Program-made: the position numbers and the translations under genes
From: an uncultured delta proteobacterium
GTDB lineage: Bacteria; Myxococcota; B64-G9
Direction: 5' to 3'
NCBI GenBank assembly: GCA_963754925.1
Contig: CAVWHX010000003.1
Location: 64,001-128,000, forward strand
DNA: 64,000 bases
Shown: positions 31,334 to 42,295 of the stretch, piece after piece
Layout: the number at the start of each line of letters is the position of its first letter
How positions within the stretch are numbered: position 1 is the first letter of the stretch
Notes under the pieces: model-generated
Databases searched by the model: none
What the model was told of the DNA's origin: nothing
The model's input: only the letters and a program-made list of their open reading frames with translations

Positions 31334-32065
31334 TCACGACTTTGCATTTCGGGCAGCTTTGTATTTCTCAATCTCTTTTTTCGATAGATTGATATTCTTC
31401 GTAACCTTGATGTCGCGCGGGCATACACGGGTGCAGTTGAAATAATTCTCGCAGGCCCATACGCCGTTTGGGTTATCCAGCGCAAGAAGTCTCTCGTTCA
31501 TGCCGCGGTCCCGGCTGTCGAACAGGAACCGAGCCGCGTTGACAATCGCGGCAGGCCCGATGTAGGTTGGGTTCTTCTCCTGGATAACCGGGCACGACGA
31601 ATAGCAGCACGCGCAGAGAATGCAGTTGGTGGGATCATCGAACCGGGAGCGCTCTTCTGGCGTCTGCACGCGCTCCTTCCCGTCAGCCGGATCGTCATTT
31701 ATCAGAAATGGTTTTACGGATCGGAAATTGTCGAAAAACGTGCCCTGATCAACCATGAGATCTTTTTGCACTGGCATGGCTCTCAGTGGTTCTACGGTGA
31801 TTACGGTGGTATCTTCCCCGATAAGGTCCCGTATCAACGTCTTGCAAGCCAACCGCTCGACTCCGTTCACTACCATGCCGTCGGAACCGCAAACACCGTG
31901 GGCGCAGCTTTTCCGAAAGGCAAGGGTGCCGTCCAGATTTGTTTTCACCAGTATCAACGAGTCCAACAGCCGATCGTTTGGACGTGCCTCGATCTCGAAT
32001 TCCTGAAAATATGGTTTTGCGTTCTTTTCCTTGTCGAATCGCTTAATCTTTAGGGTGATGTTCAT
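31334..32065 (-). CDS. sdhB: Succinate dehydrogenase/fumarate reductase iron-sulfur subunit
   Basis: [22 protein letters not shown] and [12 protein letters not shown]. Confidence 0.93.
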   Translation of the reverse strand: MNITLKIKRFDKEKNAKPYFQEFEIEARPNDRLLDSLILVKTNLDGTLAFRKSCAHGVCGSDGMVVNGVERLACKTLIRDLIGEDTTVITVEPLRAMPVQKDLMVDQGTFFDNFRSVKPFLINDDPADGKERVQTPEERSRFDDPTNCILCACCYSSCPVIQEKNPTYIGPAAIVNAARFLFDSRDRGMNERLLALDNPNGVWACENYFNCTRVCPRDIKVTKNINLSKKEIEKYKAARNAKS

Positions 32066-32095
32066 AGTGGTGCCCGCTTCACGCAGACGTTTAGG

Positions 32096-33831
32096 TTAAT
32101 ACACTCTTGGCTTTGGTTTAAAAGAGATATATCTACGTCCTTGTACCCTATGGTAGGGCGATCCCCATCGAGCCAGATAAGACTGTGTTTCAACCAGTTC
32201 TCATCGTCCCTTTGGGGAAAATCATCCCGTGAATGGGCGCCGCGACTCTCGCTCCGGTTTAAGGCCGCAGACGCGGTCAGGTACGCGAGATCGAGTAGGT
32301 TCGAAAGCTCCAGGACCTCGAGCAACTCGGTATTGAATCCCTTGCCGGTATCCGAAACCTGAACATCCCGGAATTCCTCCCTGAGTGTTTGGATTTCTGC
32401 TATCGCCTTTTTTATCTCTTCGCCGGTGCGAAATACGCCCACCTTTTCCATCATTACTTCCTGCATTTTGGCCATTATCTCACCACGGGATTTACCTTTT
32501 TTGCCGGTGAGCAGCGCAGTCAGTTTTTTACGCGCCCTATCGTCAGGAGCAGCCGGCAACGGACCAAAATCCGCGTCTTTCACAAAGCGGGACATCTCCG
32601 CCCCGGCTCTCTTGCCGTACACCACCAGGTCCACCAGACTGTTGGTGCCCAGCCGATTGGCCCCGTGAACGGATACGCAGGCACACTCTCCTGCTGCAAA
32701 CAGTCCCTCGTAAACGTCGCCCTGTTCATCGCGTATGACATGCCCTTCGGTATCGGTGGGAATGCCACCCATGGCATAGTGCGCAGTGGGCTGCACCGGA
32801 ATCGGCTTTTCAGCCGGGTCGATGCCAAGATAGGTGCGGCAGAATCCGGCGATATCGGGGAGCTTTTTCTCGATCACTTCTCTCCCGATAGGAGTCGCGT
32901 CGAGATAGACAAAGTCGTCTATCTTTTTATCACCGCGTATGCCGTTTCCTTTCTGAATTTCGCTGATTATGGCGCGGCTTATCATGTCCCTGGGAGCAAG
33001 ATCTAAGAGCTTCGGGGCGTATTCCTCCATAAACCGCTCGCCGCTGCGATTGCGGAGAATCCCTCCTTCTCCGCGCACTCCCTCGGTAATGAGTATTCCC
33101 AAACCGTAGATACCCGTTGGATGAAACTGATAAAACTCCAGGTCCTCAAGCGGCACGCCCGCTCGGGCCAGCACCGCCGGGCCGTCCCCCGTGTTGGCAT
33201 GGGCGTTGGACGTCGTCCGAAACATCCGGCCGAACCCGCCGGTGGCAAAAAAGACCGCCTTCGATTGAAAGACATGTATCTCGCCGGTAGCCAGCTCAAT
33301 CGCTACCACACCGTTGCATTTTTTTCCGTCGATGAGCGCTTCCAGCACAAAAAATTCATCGAAGAAATGAACGCCGTTCTTGATGCACTGCTGGTACAGG
33401 GTCTGGAGAATCATATGGCCGGTGCGGTCGGCTGCGTAACAGGCGCGCCTCACCGGCGCCTCGCCGAAGTTCCGGGTGTGGCCGCCGAAGCGGCGTTGGT
33501 CGATCTTTCCGTCTTTTGTTCTGTTGAAAGGAAGCCCTAGATTTTCCAAATGGTACACGGCTTCCGGAGCTTGCTCCACCAGGATCTGCGCGGCTTTCTG
33601 ATCGGTCAGATAATCCCCTCCTTTTATGGTGTCGAAGGCGTGCCACTCCGGTCGGTCTTCCTCCACATTTCCAAGCGCAGCGCCAATTCCTCCCTGGGCC
33701 GCACCGGTATGGCTTCTGATGGGATAGAGCTTGGATAAAACGGCCGTCTTGGAGGATCGGCTCGCCTCGAGGGCCGCATACAACCCCGCGCCGCCGGAAC
33801 CGACGATAACGGATTCATATTGATGTTTCAT
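32096..33831 (-). CDS. sdhA: Succinate dehydrogenase/fumarate reductase flavoprotein (one missing T near 32122; corrected end ...FKPKPRVY*)
   Basis: [16 protein letters not shown] (covalent FAD His), [31 protein letters not shown] and ESRGAH. Confidence 0.93.
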
Positions 33832-33847
33832 TGATTTTTTCAAATTA

Positions 33848-35239
33848 TTAAACCATTTTCTTAGGATCCAGGACCTCGTCGATATCAGCCTCGATGACAA
33901 TATTAAGTTCTTTTACTACCTGTTTGATGGTCTTATTTTCTCTAAACGCTTTTTGGGCAATCTCGCCGCACCTATCATACCCTATGAAAGGGCTCAGGTT
34001 CGTAACCGTCATAAGCATTCGTTCAAGGTGAGTTGTTATCTGATCGGTATTTGCTTTGAGCCCTTTGAGGCAGTTTTCAACAAAAGAATTCGCCGCATTG
34101 CTTATTATCTCAATGGAATCGAGTAGATTGTATATCATCACCGGCTTGCAGAGATTGAGATCCAGAATGCTGCCATACCCTTCAGCCATAGATACCACGG
34201 CATCGTTGCCCATAACCTGCAGGCACACCTGGATAAGCGCTTCCGACTGCGTAGGGTTGATTTTACCGGGCATGATGGACGATCCGGGTTCGTTGGCGGG
34301 AAGCAGCAGCTCGAAAAGTCCTGCGCGCGGCCCGCTTCCCATCCAACGGATATCGTTGGCCATCTTCATGAGCGAAAGTGCAAGCTGGCGTATGCCGGCG
34401 CTCATGGCGACCACGGCGCTATGCGACGAGATGCCTTCCGCCTTAATAGGATTGAGTCGTAGTTGAAAACCGGAGAGTTTCGACAACTTTTGTACAGCCA
34501 GCCGGTCAAAGCCCTCGGGGGCATTGAGGCCGGTTCCCACGGCGGTTCCTCCCAAGGGGACGACCATTAATCGATCCATGGCGCTCTTTACCTGATGAGC
34601 GCCGGATTCAACCTGCTGTTGATAAACCTGAAACTCCATCGAGAGCGGAATAGGAACTGCATCTTGCAGATGCGTCCGGCCAACTTTTACTATCCCTTCA
34701 AATTGCTTGACCTTTTCCGTAAGCACGGCTTTCAGTTTTTCCAGGGCGGGAAGCAGTTTTTCTCTTGTCAGATGCAAAATAGAAATATGCATGGCGACGG
34801 GAATCACATCGTTGGACGATTGTCCTTTGTTGACATGATCGTTTGGATGCACCGGATGTTTTTTCCCGCGGGGAAAACCGAGAATCTCATTGGCGCGGTT
34901 TGCCAGCACCTCGTTCATATTCATGTTGGTCTGGGTGCCCGAACCGGTCTGAAAAACGTCGATGGGAAACTGATCGAGAAAGCGTCCCTCCTGCAGCAGC
35001 TCGTCTAACGATTGAAGCAGGGCAGCGCCCTTTTCCGCATCAATCAGGTCAAGCTCCCGGTTGGCGAGCAAACACGCCTTTTTTATTTCAGCAAGCGACG
35101 AGAGAAAGACCGCGGGAAATCTTTTTTTGCTAATCTGAAAATTCTGAACGGCCCTGAACGTATTTATACCCCAATATGCCTCGGCGGGAACATCGACCTC
35201 GCCGAGCACATCCTTTTCCTTACGGAATTCGTGGCCCAT
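33848..35239 (-). CDS. fumC: Class II fumarate hydratase
   Basis: [32 protein letters not shown] and [11 protein letters not shown]. Confidence 0.93.
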   Translation of the reverse strand: MGHEFRKEKDVLGEVDVPAEAYWGINTFRAVQNFQISKKRFPAVFLSSLAEIKKACLLANRELDLIDAEKGAALLQSLDELLQEGRFLDQFPIDVFQTGSGTQTNMNMNEVLANRANEILGFPRGKKHPVHPNDHVNKGQSSNDVIPVAMHISILHLTREKLLPALEKLKAVLTEKVKQFEGIVKVGRTHLQDAVPIPLSMEFQVYQQQVESGAHQVKSAMDRLMVVPLGGTAVGTGLNAPEGFDRLAVQKLSKLSGFQLRLNPIKAEGISSHSAVVAMSAGIRQLALSLMKMANDIRWMGSGPRAGLFELLLPANEPGSSIMPGKINPTQSEALIQVCLQVMGNDAVVSMAEGYGSILDLNLCKPVMIYNLLDSIEIISNAANSFVENCLKGLKANTDQITTHLERMLMTVTNLSPFIGYDRCGEIAQKAFRENKTIKQVVKELNIVIEADIDEVLDPKKMV

Positions 35240-35254
35240 GATAGTTTCGAGTTC

Positions 35255-36733
35255 CTAGTATTGTTGGGCGTCTAGACCGCCAACCATTACGTATTTGATT
35301 TCGAGGTACTCGTCAATCCCATATTTGGATCCCTCACGGCCGATTCCGGACTCCTTGAACCCGCCAAACGGGCCGACCTCGTTGGAGATAATCCCCTCGT
35401 TAACCCCAACCATGCCGTACTCGAGTGCTTCAGCCACCCGCCATGCCCGGCCGAGGTCGCGGGTGTAAAAGTACGAGGCAAGCCCGAAGCGCGTGTCATT
35501 GGCCATCCGTATCGCCTCCCCTTCGGTTCTGAATCGGAACAGCGGCGCCACCGGGCCGAAGGTCTCTTCTTCGCTCACCTGCATCAGATTGGTGACTTCC
35601 GTGAGAACCGTCGGTTCAAAGAAGGTGCCGCCCAGGATATGGCGCTTACCGCCGACGAGAACGCGCGCGCCCTTGGAAAGAGCATCTTTGATGTGGGCCT
35701 CGACTTTTTCCACGCCGGCTTGATTGATGAGCGGCCCCTGCTGCACGCCGGATTCGAGACCCGGCCCGACCTTGAGACGTGAGACGGCATCGGCCAGCTT
35801 GGCGGCGAAGGCATTATAGATACCGTCCTGCACCAGAAAACGGTTGGCGCAAACGCAGGTCTGTCCGGAGTTTCGATACTTGGAAGCCATAGCGCCCCTG
35901 ACGGCTGCTTCCAGATCCGCATCGTCGAAAACGATAAACGGCGCGTTGCCGCCCAGCTCCAAAGAAATTTTTTTAACGGTGTCGGCGCCCTGGCGCATGA
36001 GCAGTTTGCCGATCTCGGTTGATCCGGTAAAGGAAAGCTTGCGGACCAGAGGATTTGACGTAAGCTCGGCGCCCACGGCGCCCGGGTTCGTTGTGGTTAC
36101 CACATTGAGCACGCCGTGCGGGATCCCCGCCTGTTTTCCGAGCTCCGCCAGGGCCAGGGCGCAAAGCGGTGTGTCCTCGGCCGGCTTTATCACTACGGTG
36201 CAGCCGGCTGCCAGCGCCGGTGCGACCTTCCGGGTGATCATCGCCACGGGAAAGTTCCAGGGTGAGATCGCGGCGACGACCCCGATCGGCTGTTTAAGCA
36301 CCAGGATGCGTTTGCCGGCGACCGGCGTCGGGATCACATCACCGTAGACCCTCTTTCCCTCCTCGGCAAACCATTCGATAAAAGACGCCCCGTACGCAAC
36401 CTCGCCGCGCGCCTCGGCCAGAGGTTTGCCTTGCTCGGTGGTAAGCAATACCGCCAGGTCCTCCTGATTGGCCATGATAAGAGTGAACCACTCGCGCAGA
36501 AGTATCGCCCGCTCCTTGGCGGTTTTTGCGCTCCATGCGGGGAACGCTTCCCGCGCGGCTTCTATGGCTCGACGGGTTTCATCCTTGCCCATGTCCGGAA
36601 CCTGCATGATTTCCGTTCCGTCGGCCGGATTCGTCACCGGAAAAGTCTTCCCGTTTGTAGCCGCAACCCATTCGCCACCGATATATGCTTCGCTTTTTAG
36701 AAGCGACATGTTTTTCAGAATTGGTCGACTCAT
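35255..36733 (-). CDS. gabD: NAD(P)-dependent succinate-semialdehyde dehydrogenase
   Basis: [45 protein letters not shown] and SGIGREGS. Confidence 0.9.
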   Translation of the reverse strand: MSRPILKNMSLLKSEAYIGGEWVAATNGKTFPVTNPADGTEIMQVPDMGKDETRRAIEAAREAFPAWSAKTAKERAILLREWFTLIMANQEDLAVLLTTEQGKPLAEARGEVAYGASFIEWFAEEGKRVYGDVIPTPVAGKRILVLKQPIGVVAAISPWNFPVAMITRKVAPALAAGCTVVIKPAEDTPLCALALAELGKQAGIPHGVLNVVTTTNPGAVGAELTSNPLVRKLSFTGSTEIGKLLMRQGADTVKKISLELGGNAPFIVFDDADLEAAVRGAMASKYRNSGQTCVCANRFLVQDGIYNAFAAKLADAVSRLKVGPGLESGVQQGPLINQAGVEKVEAHIKDALSKGARVLVGGKRHILGGTFFEPTVLTEVTNLMQVSEEETFGPVAPLFRFRTEGEAIRMANDTRFGLASYFYTRDLGRAWRVAEALEYGMVGVNEGIISNEVGPFGGFKESGIGREGSKYGIDEYLEIKYVMVGGLDAQQY

Positions 36734-36762
36734 GAACCCTACCTCCTAAATTAACCCAAAAC

Positions 36763-37887
36763 TTAAAACTCGATTACTTGGCGTACCGCCTTTCCCTCTC
36801 TGAGGAGATCGAACCCGAGGTTTATATCTTTGAGACCTAAGCGCCCGCTCATGAGCTTATCCACCGGCAATTTTCCTCTACGGTACAGCGCTATGTAGCT
36901 GGGTATGTCTCGCACCGGAACACAGGTCCCGATATAACTGCCCTTGATGGTTCGTTCCTCCGCCACAATGTTTACTTGCGGCAGCGAAATCATGGCGCCG
37001 GGCGGCGTCAGGCCTACAGCTACGGTTGTGCCGCCGCGCCTGGTTATGCGATACGCAAGCTCCATGGCCTTGATAGACCCGGCTGTTTCAAACGAATAGT
37101 GCACGCCGCCTTTGGTGGTTTCCCTGATCTCATCCGCAGCGGTACTGAAAGCGGCGTCGAATGCGTCCGTTGCTCCAAGCTCTATAGCCAACGCAAGCTT
37201 TTCCTTGGACAAATCCGCGACAACGATCCGGCTCGCTCCGGCCATAACGGCGCCGAGTAGCGCGGCCAGCCCCACTCCGCCGAGGCCGACAATGGCAACC
37301 AAAGAGCCCGGACTCACCCGGGCCGTGTTCACCACGGCGCCGACGCCGGTCAGTACCGCGCAACCGAACAATGCGGCGATATCCAATCGCAGGTCGGAGT
37401 CAATGGGCACCAGCGACCGCCTTGACACGGTGGCATGATCGGCGAATGCGGAGACCCCCAAGTGGTGATGGACGGTCTTCCGGCCGAGGTGGAGTCGCCG
37501 CTCTCCCGACAGAAGCGAACCGGCCGTGTTGGCATTGGCACCCGGTTCGCATAAGGCAGGTCGGCCTTCGGCGCACGGGATGCAGTGGCCGCAGCTCGGC
37601 ATGAAAACCATGACCACATGGTCGCCTTTTTTGAGGTCGGTCACGCCGGCGCCGAATTCCTCGACGATGCCCGCGGCCTCGTGCCCGAGCGCCATAGGCA
37701 CCGGCCGAGGCCGATCGCCATTAATAACAGAGAGGTCGGAGTGGCATAAACCGGCAGCCGCGATTTTTACCAAAACTTCGTTGGGACCGGGCGGGTCGAG
37801 ATCGATTTCTTCGATTGAAAGGGGTTTCGAGGTTGCGTAGGGGTGCTTTGCCCCCATGGAATTTAGTATCGCAGCTTTTATTTTCAT
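36763..37887 (-). CDS. Zinc-dependent alcohol dehydrogenase
   Basis: LCHSD, GHE, structural Zn C-x2-C-x2-C-x7-C, GCAVLTG and GLGGVG. Confidence 0.93.
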   Translation of the reverse strand: MKIKAAILNSMGAKHPYATSKPLSIEEIDLDPPGPNEVLVKIAAAGLCHSDLSVINGDRPRPVPMALGHEAAGIVEEFGAGVTDLKKGDHVVMVFMPSCGHCIPCAEGRPALCEPGANANTAGSLLSGERRLHLGRKTVHHHLGVSAFADHATVSRRSLVPIDSDLRLDIAALFGCAVLTGVGAVVNTARVSPGSLVAIVGLGGVGLAALLGAVMAGASRIVVADLSKEKLALAIELGATDAFDAAFSTAADEIRETTKGGVHYSFETAGSIKAMELAYRITRRGGTTVAVGLTPPGAMISLPQVNIVAEERTIKGSYIGTCVPVRDIPSYIALYRRGKLPVDKLMSGRLGLKDINLGFDLLREGKAVRQVIEF

Positions 37888-37936
37888 AAGAACACCTAGC
37901 CAGCATTGTTACGCTAGATATTTCCTAACTGTAGGT

Positions 37937-37967
37937 TCAAGTTAGGTCTGATTTCGGGTTTGTCAAT
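37937..37967 (-). promoter_or_regulatory. Putative sigma70 promoter with overlapping palindrome
   Basis: Minus-strand TTGACA, 16 nt spacer, TAACTT. Palindrome CCTAACT-N9-AGTTAGG at 37924-37946. 26 of 31 nt are identical to 44412-44442. Confidence 0.6.
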
Positions 37968-38028
37968 GAGGGAGATCAGTGTGTGACTTTATTAGTTTAC
38001 TTCAAAGCAAATAATTAGGATAAAAATA

Positions 38029-38545
38029 CTAATTAACCTTTTGCGATCCGCTCTTCAGGATCATATCCAGTATCGAAGGAGGGTTAATCTGCTGTTTGTC
38101 TTTTGAGGTATAGCCGGTTTGTTGAGGCATAAAAATACAAGCGGTTGTTTGGAGAAGAATAGCTTTCTTTGTATCTGGATCAGCAGCGGCTGTAGCAAAT
38201 GCTTGGAATGTGCTAAGTGCATTAGACCTATGGCGATTAACGACATTATTATGCCGATGCGCTCGATAATTATTGGTTGACCACACTATACAACTCAGAA
38301 GAGTTGTGAACCCAAGAACCTTCGCAGCCATTCTTCCAAGCGCTTCTTGAAAGACATCCCGAAAGGCTTCCTTTGGGATGCTGCTAAAAGCCGTCTGGTT
38401 GAACAATGTAGCGCCCAAAGAACTGTAAGCGGTGATCTTATTCTTGATGTTAAATTTGAATTGATTCCAAAAAATGAAAAATCTTTGGAAATGGTTGCAG
38501 TTATTAATACCAAGAAATATACGTGACCGGGGTGAACTGGTTCCG
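38029..38545 (-). pseudogene. Truncated/frameshifted C-terminal part of an AT-rich membrane protein of unknown function
   Basis: ORF 38029-38418 reads as a real C-terminus (NNYRAHRHN.V.N.HR.NAL.TFQAF) but lacks a convincing start. The upstream hydrophobic part is in another frame and is cut off at the TA promoter. Confidence 0.45.
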
Positions 38546-38568
38546 CCGAAACCGATGGTTTAATCCTC

Positions 38569-38597
38569 TTGACGTCGGTTACTTTGTGTCGTATTGT
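38569..38597 (+). promoter_or_regulatory. Promoter of the TA operon
   Basis: TTGACG-17-TATTGT, followed by a TGTACA palindrome (possible RHH operator). Confidence 0.55.
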
Positions 38598-38622
38598 GTA
38601 CATAGTAGCACAGGAGGCTTTC

Positions 38623-38868
38623 ATGGACACCAACACAATGACGATTCGGTTGCCCGCCAAGATCAAGAGCCGACTGGCTCAATTGGCTAAAGTTACAGAA
38701 CGAAGCAAGTCCTGGTTGGCCGCCGATGCTATCCGAACGTACCTGGAGCTTCAGGAGTGGCAGATCCGGGAGATCAAGGCCGGGGTGAAGGAGGCTGACG
38801 CCGGCGACTTCGCCTCTGAGGCCGAAGTCAATGCCGTGTTCTCCAAGTGGAGGGGTAATGGGCGTTAA
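38623..38868 (+). CDS. CopG/RHH antitoxin
   Basis: TMTIRL....K.RL..LA..T.RSKSWLA.DAI..YL...EWQ..EI; RBS AGGAGG; overlaps the toxin start. Confidence 0.9.
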   Translation: MDTNTMTIRLPAKIKSRLAQLAKVTERSKSWLAADAIRTYLELQEWQIREIKAGVKEADAGDFASEAEVNAVFSKWRGNGR

Positions 38869-39142
38869 GTGGACTCGGACGGCCTTAGCCAACCTCAACG
38901 ATCTTGCCGAGTATATCGCCCAGGACAATCCAAGAGCCGCCGCCGAAATGGTCGATCGAATAGTTGCAGCGATTGAAAGGCTCAAGACCTACCCTGCGCT
39001 GGGCGGACCGGGGCGAGTGCCGAACACCCGTGAATTGGTAGTTACGATAACCCCCTACATTATTCCATATCGGGTGAAGGGCAAAAACATCCAGATACTC
39101 CGCGTCTTCCACACCGCCCGGCGCTGGCCAGATGACTTCTGA
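38858..39142 (+). CDS. RelE/ParE-family toxin
   Basis: VKWTRTAL.NL....YIA.DNP.AA, GRVP.TREL and PYII.YRV....I.ILRV.H.AR.WP. Confidence 0.92.
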   Translation: MGVKWTRTALANLNDLAEYIAQDNPRAAAEMVDRIVAAIERLKTYPALGGPGRVPNTRELVVTITPYIIPYRVKGKNIQILRVFHTARRWPDDF

Positions 39143-39300
39143 AGACCGGCATCGCCAGCCCTAACCTATTGCGTGCAAACCATCCCAGCCACAATCCCAC
39201 CCGGGAGACCATTAATCGGCTTCTCAAACCGTTCGGTCTCAGGCTTAGCTTGCCACCGATTAAAAAGCCGAAGCACAAGCGTGCTGCGTACCATCTCTAA
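39143..39300 (+). pseudogene. C-terminal half of an HTH addiction-module antidote protein
   Basis: Manual translation KTGIASPNLLRANHPSHNPTRETINRLLKPFGLRLSL...*; no start codon, begins at the toxin stop. Confidence 0.6.
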
Positions 39301-39716
39301 CGGTAAATATAAAAGGCTGTAAAAAGGAGTAGGCTACGGTTTTCCTAGGTGCCAAAAAACTGCTCTCTGATCCTTTTCGTTGGGAATTGTTTTAGCGGCC
39401 AGTTCCCTGTATTTACCATTTAAAATATTGCACAAATACAATATATTAGTTCACTATTAATCAATATAAATATAGTTGTATATACAACATATGTTACTTA
39501 ATATAAAATAATTCTTGACATCTAATACTACATGTATATACTGTATCATTAGTTGATGAATAAAAATGTTACAACAACTAAAAGTAGAAATGAGCTGCAT
39601 AGTATGAAAGTAAAAGATAGCATCGAAGATCTCATAGAACAATATGAGAAGACGGGTGAAGAGTAAAGAAATGCGGTAACTCACCAAAACGGCATAAAGA
39701 AAAGGGAGAAATTATT

Positions 39717-40094
39717 ATGGCAAGCAAACGTTCAATAATAGGATTCGGTTATCATTTGACCGCGTATCTGGCAATAAATGCGGTTTTGGTATGGATCAAT
39801 TTCGATACTTCACCACAATATTTATGGGTAATGTGGCCGATCATCGGCTGGGGTATTGCTCTGGCTTTTCACGGATTGAGTGTTGTTTCATCATCGACAA
39901 CGATCCATAAGGGATTTATGTACCATCTGGCCGCATATATTTTAGTTAACGCACTTTTGATTTTTGTTAATTTCTACACGTTCCCTGAATACTTATGGTT
40001 TAAATATCCGTTAATTGCTTGGAGTTTCATAATCGCCTTCCATTGCTGGCGTGTTTTCTCGAATAAAGACAGATCAGACCCGGCATCCCCATAG
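39717..40094 (+). CDS. Tandem 2TM-domain membrane protein
   Basis: Two copies of GF.YHL.AY...NA.L...N....P.YLW...P.I.W....AFH. Confidence 0.85.
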   Translation: MASKRSIIGFGYHLTAYLAINAVLVWINFDTSPQYLWVMWPIIGWGIALAFHGLSVVSSSTTIHKGFMYHLAAYILVNALLIFVNFYTFPEYLWFKYPLIAWSFIIAFHCWRVFSNKDRSDPASP

Positions 40095-40121
40095 CTCAGG
40101 TTCTCAAAACGCCGGCTGTCC

Positions 40122-40918
40122 TCACGGGATTGGAACTCCCTCATGTAAAATCATTCTGGCCTTTTCGCTATACAGTACAAAAAACGGCTTCTTGTTTCTC
40201 AATCCTAGATCCACAAGGTTGGTGGCCATGCTGTGCTTGCTCTGATCATTAACCCAAAGCCGGTTGTAAAATAAAAACTTGCTCTTGGATCTTGAATCTA
40301 CAGTAGTAAGGATTCGGAGAGCCTTACCTTGATGCGTGGTGTGTGAGATGAATGAGCCAATTCCAAAGGGTAAAGGCAAAAATCCTATTTTACCCTTTAG
40401 CGTAAGAATAGGTTGCTTGAGAACCGGATCCTCCACTGCCCCATTGAACTGCCTGCCTTTGAGATCAATGTTGATATTCGTCACGAACTTGGGATAATTC
40501 CATACCTCCTTTCCACCTATATAGGCGATTTCGGTTGTGACAGGAAGATTCATTACGTACGCGCCCATGCCCCACTTTGTCCCATCCATAAAAAGGAGTT
40601 GGATGGGGGTAGCAAAAAGACCGATCCTCTTTGCCTTTTTGGGGTAGGAGAGGATAAAAAGCCCCACCTCATTATACGGACCTATAGCGCTATTTCGGTA
40701 CTGGAAGAAAGTCATCACCACACCGGCCATGCCATTAAAAATCTGCAAGGCCTAAAAACTGTCCCTTCAAGTTTTTGAGCAGCTTTTTTGTAATTGGCCC
40801 AAAAGAAAAAATGCGCGTATCCATAATCGGGATAGAAGATGGGAAGATCAATTACTCCTTTAGTTGTTTGAAAATTTTTTAACGGAACATTGAAGAAGGT
40901 ATCGGCTTTTGCGTTCAT
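40122..40918 (-). CDS. Acetoacetate decarboxylase (ADC)-like family protein (one missing T near 40739)
   Basis: DLPIFY, FQYRNSAIGPYNEV, LPVTTE and GKEVWNYPK (Schiff-base Lys region); ATG at 40918 with AGGAGG. Confidence 0.75.
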
Positions 40919-40969
40919 GATAACCCTCCTAATATGATTTGGCATTAAAGCGCTGTGCGTCGTTCGATC

Positions 40970-42295
40970 TTATCGCACTTTGAAATCCGTACCCAGGTGA
41001 TGCTCGAAAAGCGCCAGTCGATTGATCTGGTTGGTCCCTTCGTATATCTGGGTAAGGCGCGAGTCGCGCCACGCCCGCTCGACGCCGTGTGCATGAAGAT
41101 ACCCGTGGTCGCCCATGAGCTCCATGGCTTGGTTGCACACTTTGAACGCGGTATCCGACGCAAACACCTTGGCCGACGCCGAGGCCGATTGGTAGCATCT
41201 GAACTGCCGGCAGCTTTGCCAAATCATCGAGCGCGCGGCCCAGAGACTGATCATCATGTCCGCGAGCTCGATTTGGACGTCCTGATATTCGATGAGCCGC
41301 TTCGGCCCGAGATAGGTCTTTCGACAAAACTCGAGGCAGCGCTCGAATGCGCCGCGGCCGTGCCCAAGCGCCATGGCTCCGACAACCGGACGTGAATAGT
41401 TGAGCACGTTGCGGTTGTTGGCCCACCCCGAGCGCAGCCTCCCAACGACGTTTTTGTGAGGGACGAAGACGTCCTCAAAGATAAGCTCGGATGCGTCGCA
41501 GGCGCGTTGCCCCATCTTCTTTTCGCGCCTGCCCACCGAAAAACCTTTCATTCCCTTTTCCACCAAAAAACACGTCCACGACTCAATCCCCTGCCCCTCG
41601 ATTTTTGCATAGACCGTGACCTTGTCGGCAATGGCTCCGCCGGATATGAAGCATTTCTGTCCGTTAAGAATATATCCGCCGTTGGTCGGCTTGGCGGTGG
41701 TCACGAGGCGCGCCGAAGCACCACCCTCGGTCTCCTCAACATCCGAACCGGCGCCGGGTTCGGTGATGGCGAAGGCCATGGTGTCCGGTTTGCCGAGGAA
41801 GGTTGATTTGAGATAGTACGGAACGAAATGTCGAACAATAGTCTTGAGGCTGCCTGATAGAAGCAGCGGCACGATACCGAGATTGTGGGCCAGCAGTAGG
41901 AGCGCAAGCCCGCCGCATTCGGTGGCGAACTCCTCCCCCACGACCGCTATCTGCAGGGCCGCTCCTCTCAGGAAAACAGGAATGCTGGCCCGACCGATGG
42001 GCAGGGTAAAGAGTAACGTTTGAAACCCTTTTTTCGCGGCTTTTGCCACCAGCGGCTTGGGATCAAAATTATACGGATGAAGGTCGACCTGCGCCGCGAG
42101 GGGTCGGATATGTTCGCGAGCAAACGCGCGCGCCCGCCGCCGCCAGCGCCGCGCCCCCCAGGGAAGGGTTGCGGTGTCGTGTTCCCAGATACTCATTTCC
42201 CGGTTGTCCATCAGCAGGCGGCCCAAGAAGTTCAGCGTGGAAGTGGCGCGTTTGGGCTTGAGCAGCTCGATTCTATCCTGAACGGATTGGTTCAT
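40970..42295 (-). CDS. Acyl-CoA dehydrogenase (catalytic-Glu-bearing)
   Basis: FAITEPGAGSD, LNGQKCFIS, KMGQRA, GDHGY and RDSRLTQIYEGTNQI. Confidence 0.93.
   Translation of the reverse strand: MNQSVQDRIELLKPKRATSTLNFLGRLLMDNREMSIWEHDTATLPWGARRWRRRARAFAREHIRPLAAQVDLHPYNFDPKPLVAKAAKKGFQTLLFTLPIGRASIPVFLRGAALQIAVVGEEFATECGGLALLLLAHNLGIVPLLLSGSLKTIVRHFVPYYLKSTFLGKPDTMAFAITEPGAGSDVEETEGGASARLVTTAKPTNGGYILNGQKCFISGGAIADKVTVYAKIEGQGIESWTCFLVEKGMKGFSVGRREKKMGQRACDASELIFEDVFVPHKNVVGRLRSGWANNRNVLNYSRPVVGAMALGHGRGAFERCLEFCRKTYLGPKRLIEYQDVQIELADMMISLWAARSMIWQSCRQFRCYQSASASAKVFASDTAFKVCNQAMELMGDHGYLHAHGVERAWRDSRLTQIYEGTNQINRLALFEHHLGTDFKVR

Noticed and set aside
39300..39716. 76-aa ORF 39457-39687 in the AT-rich spacer
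   Set aside because: No RBS or recognisable motif; composition fits non-coding or decayed DNA.
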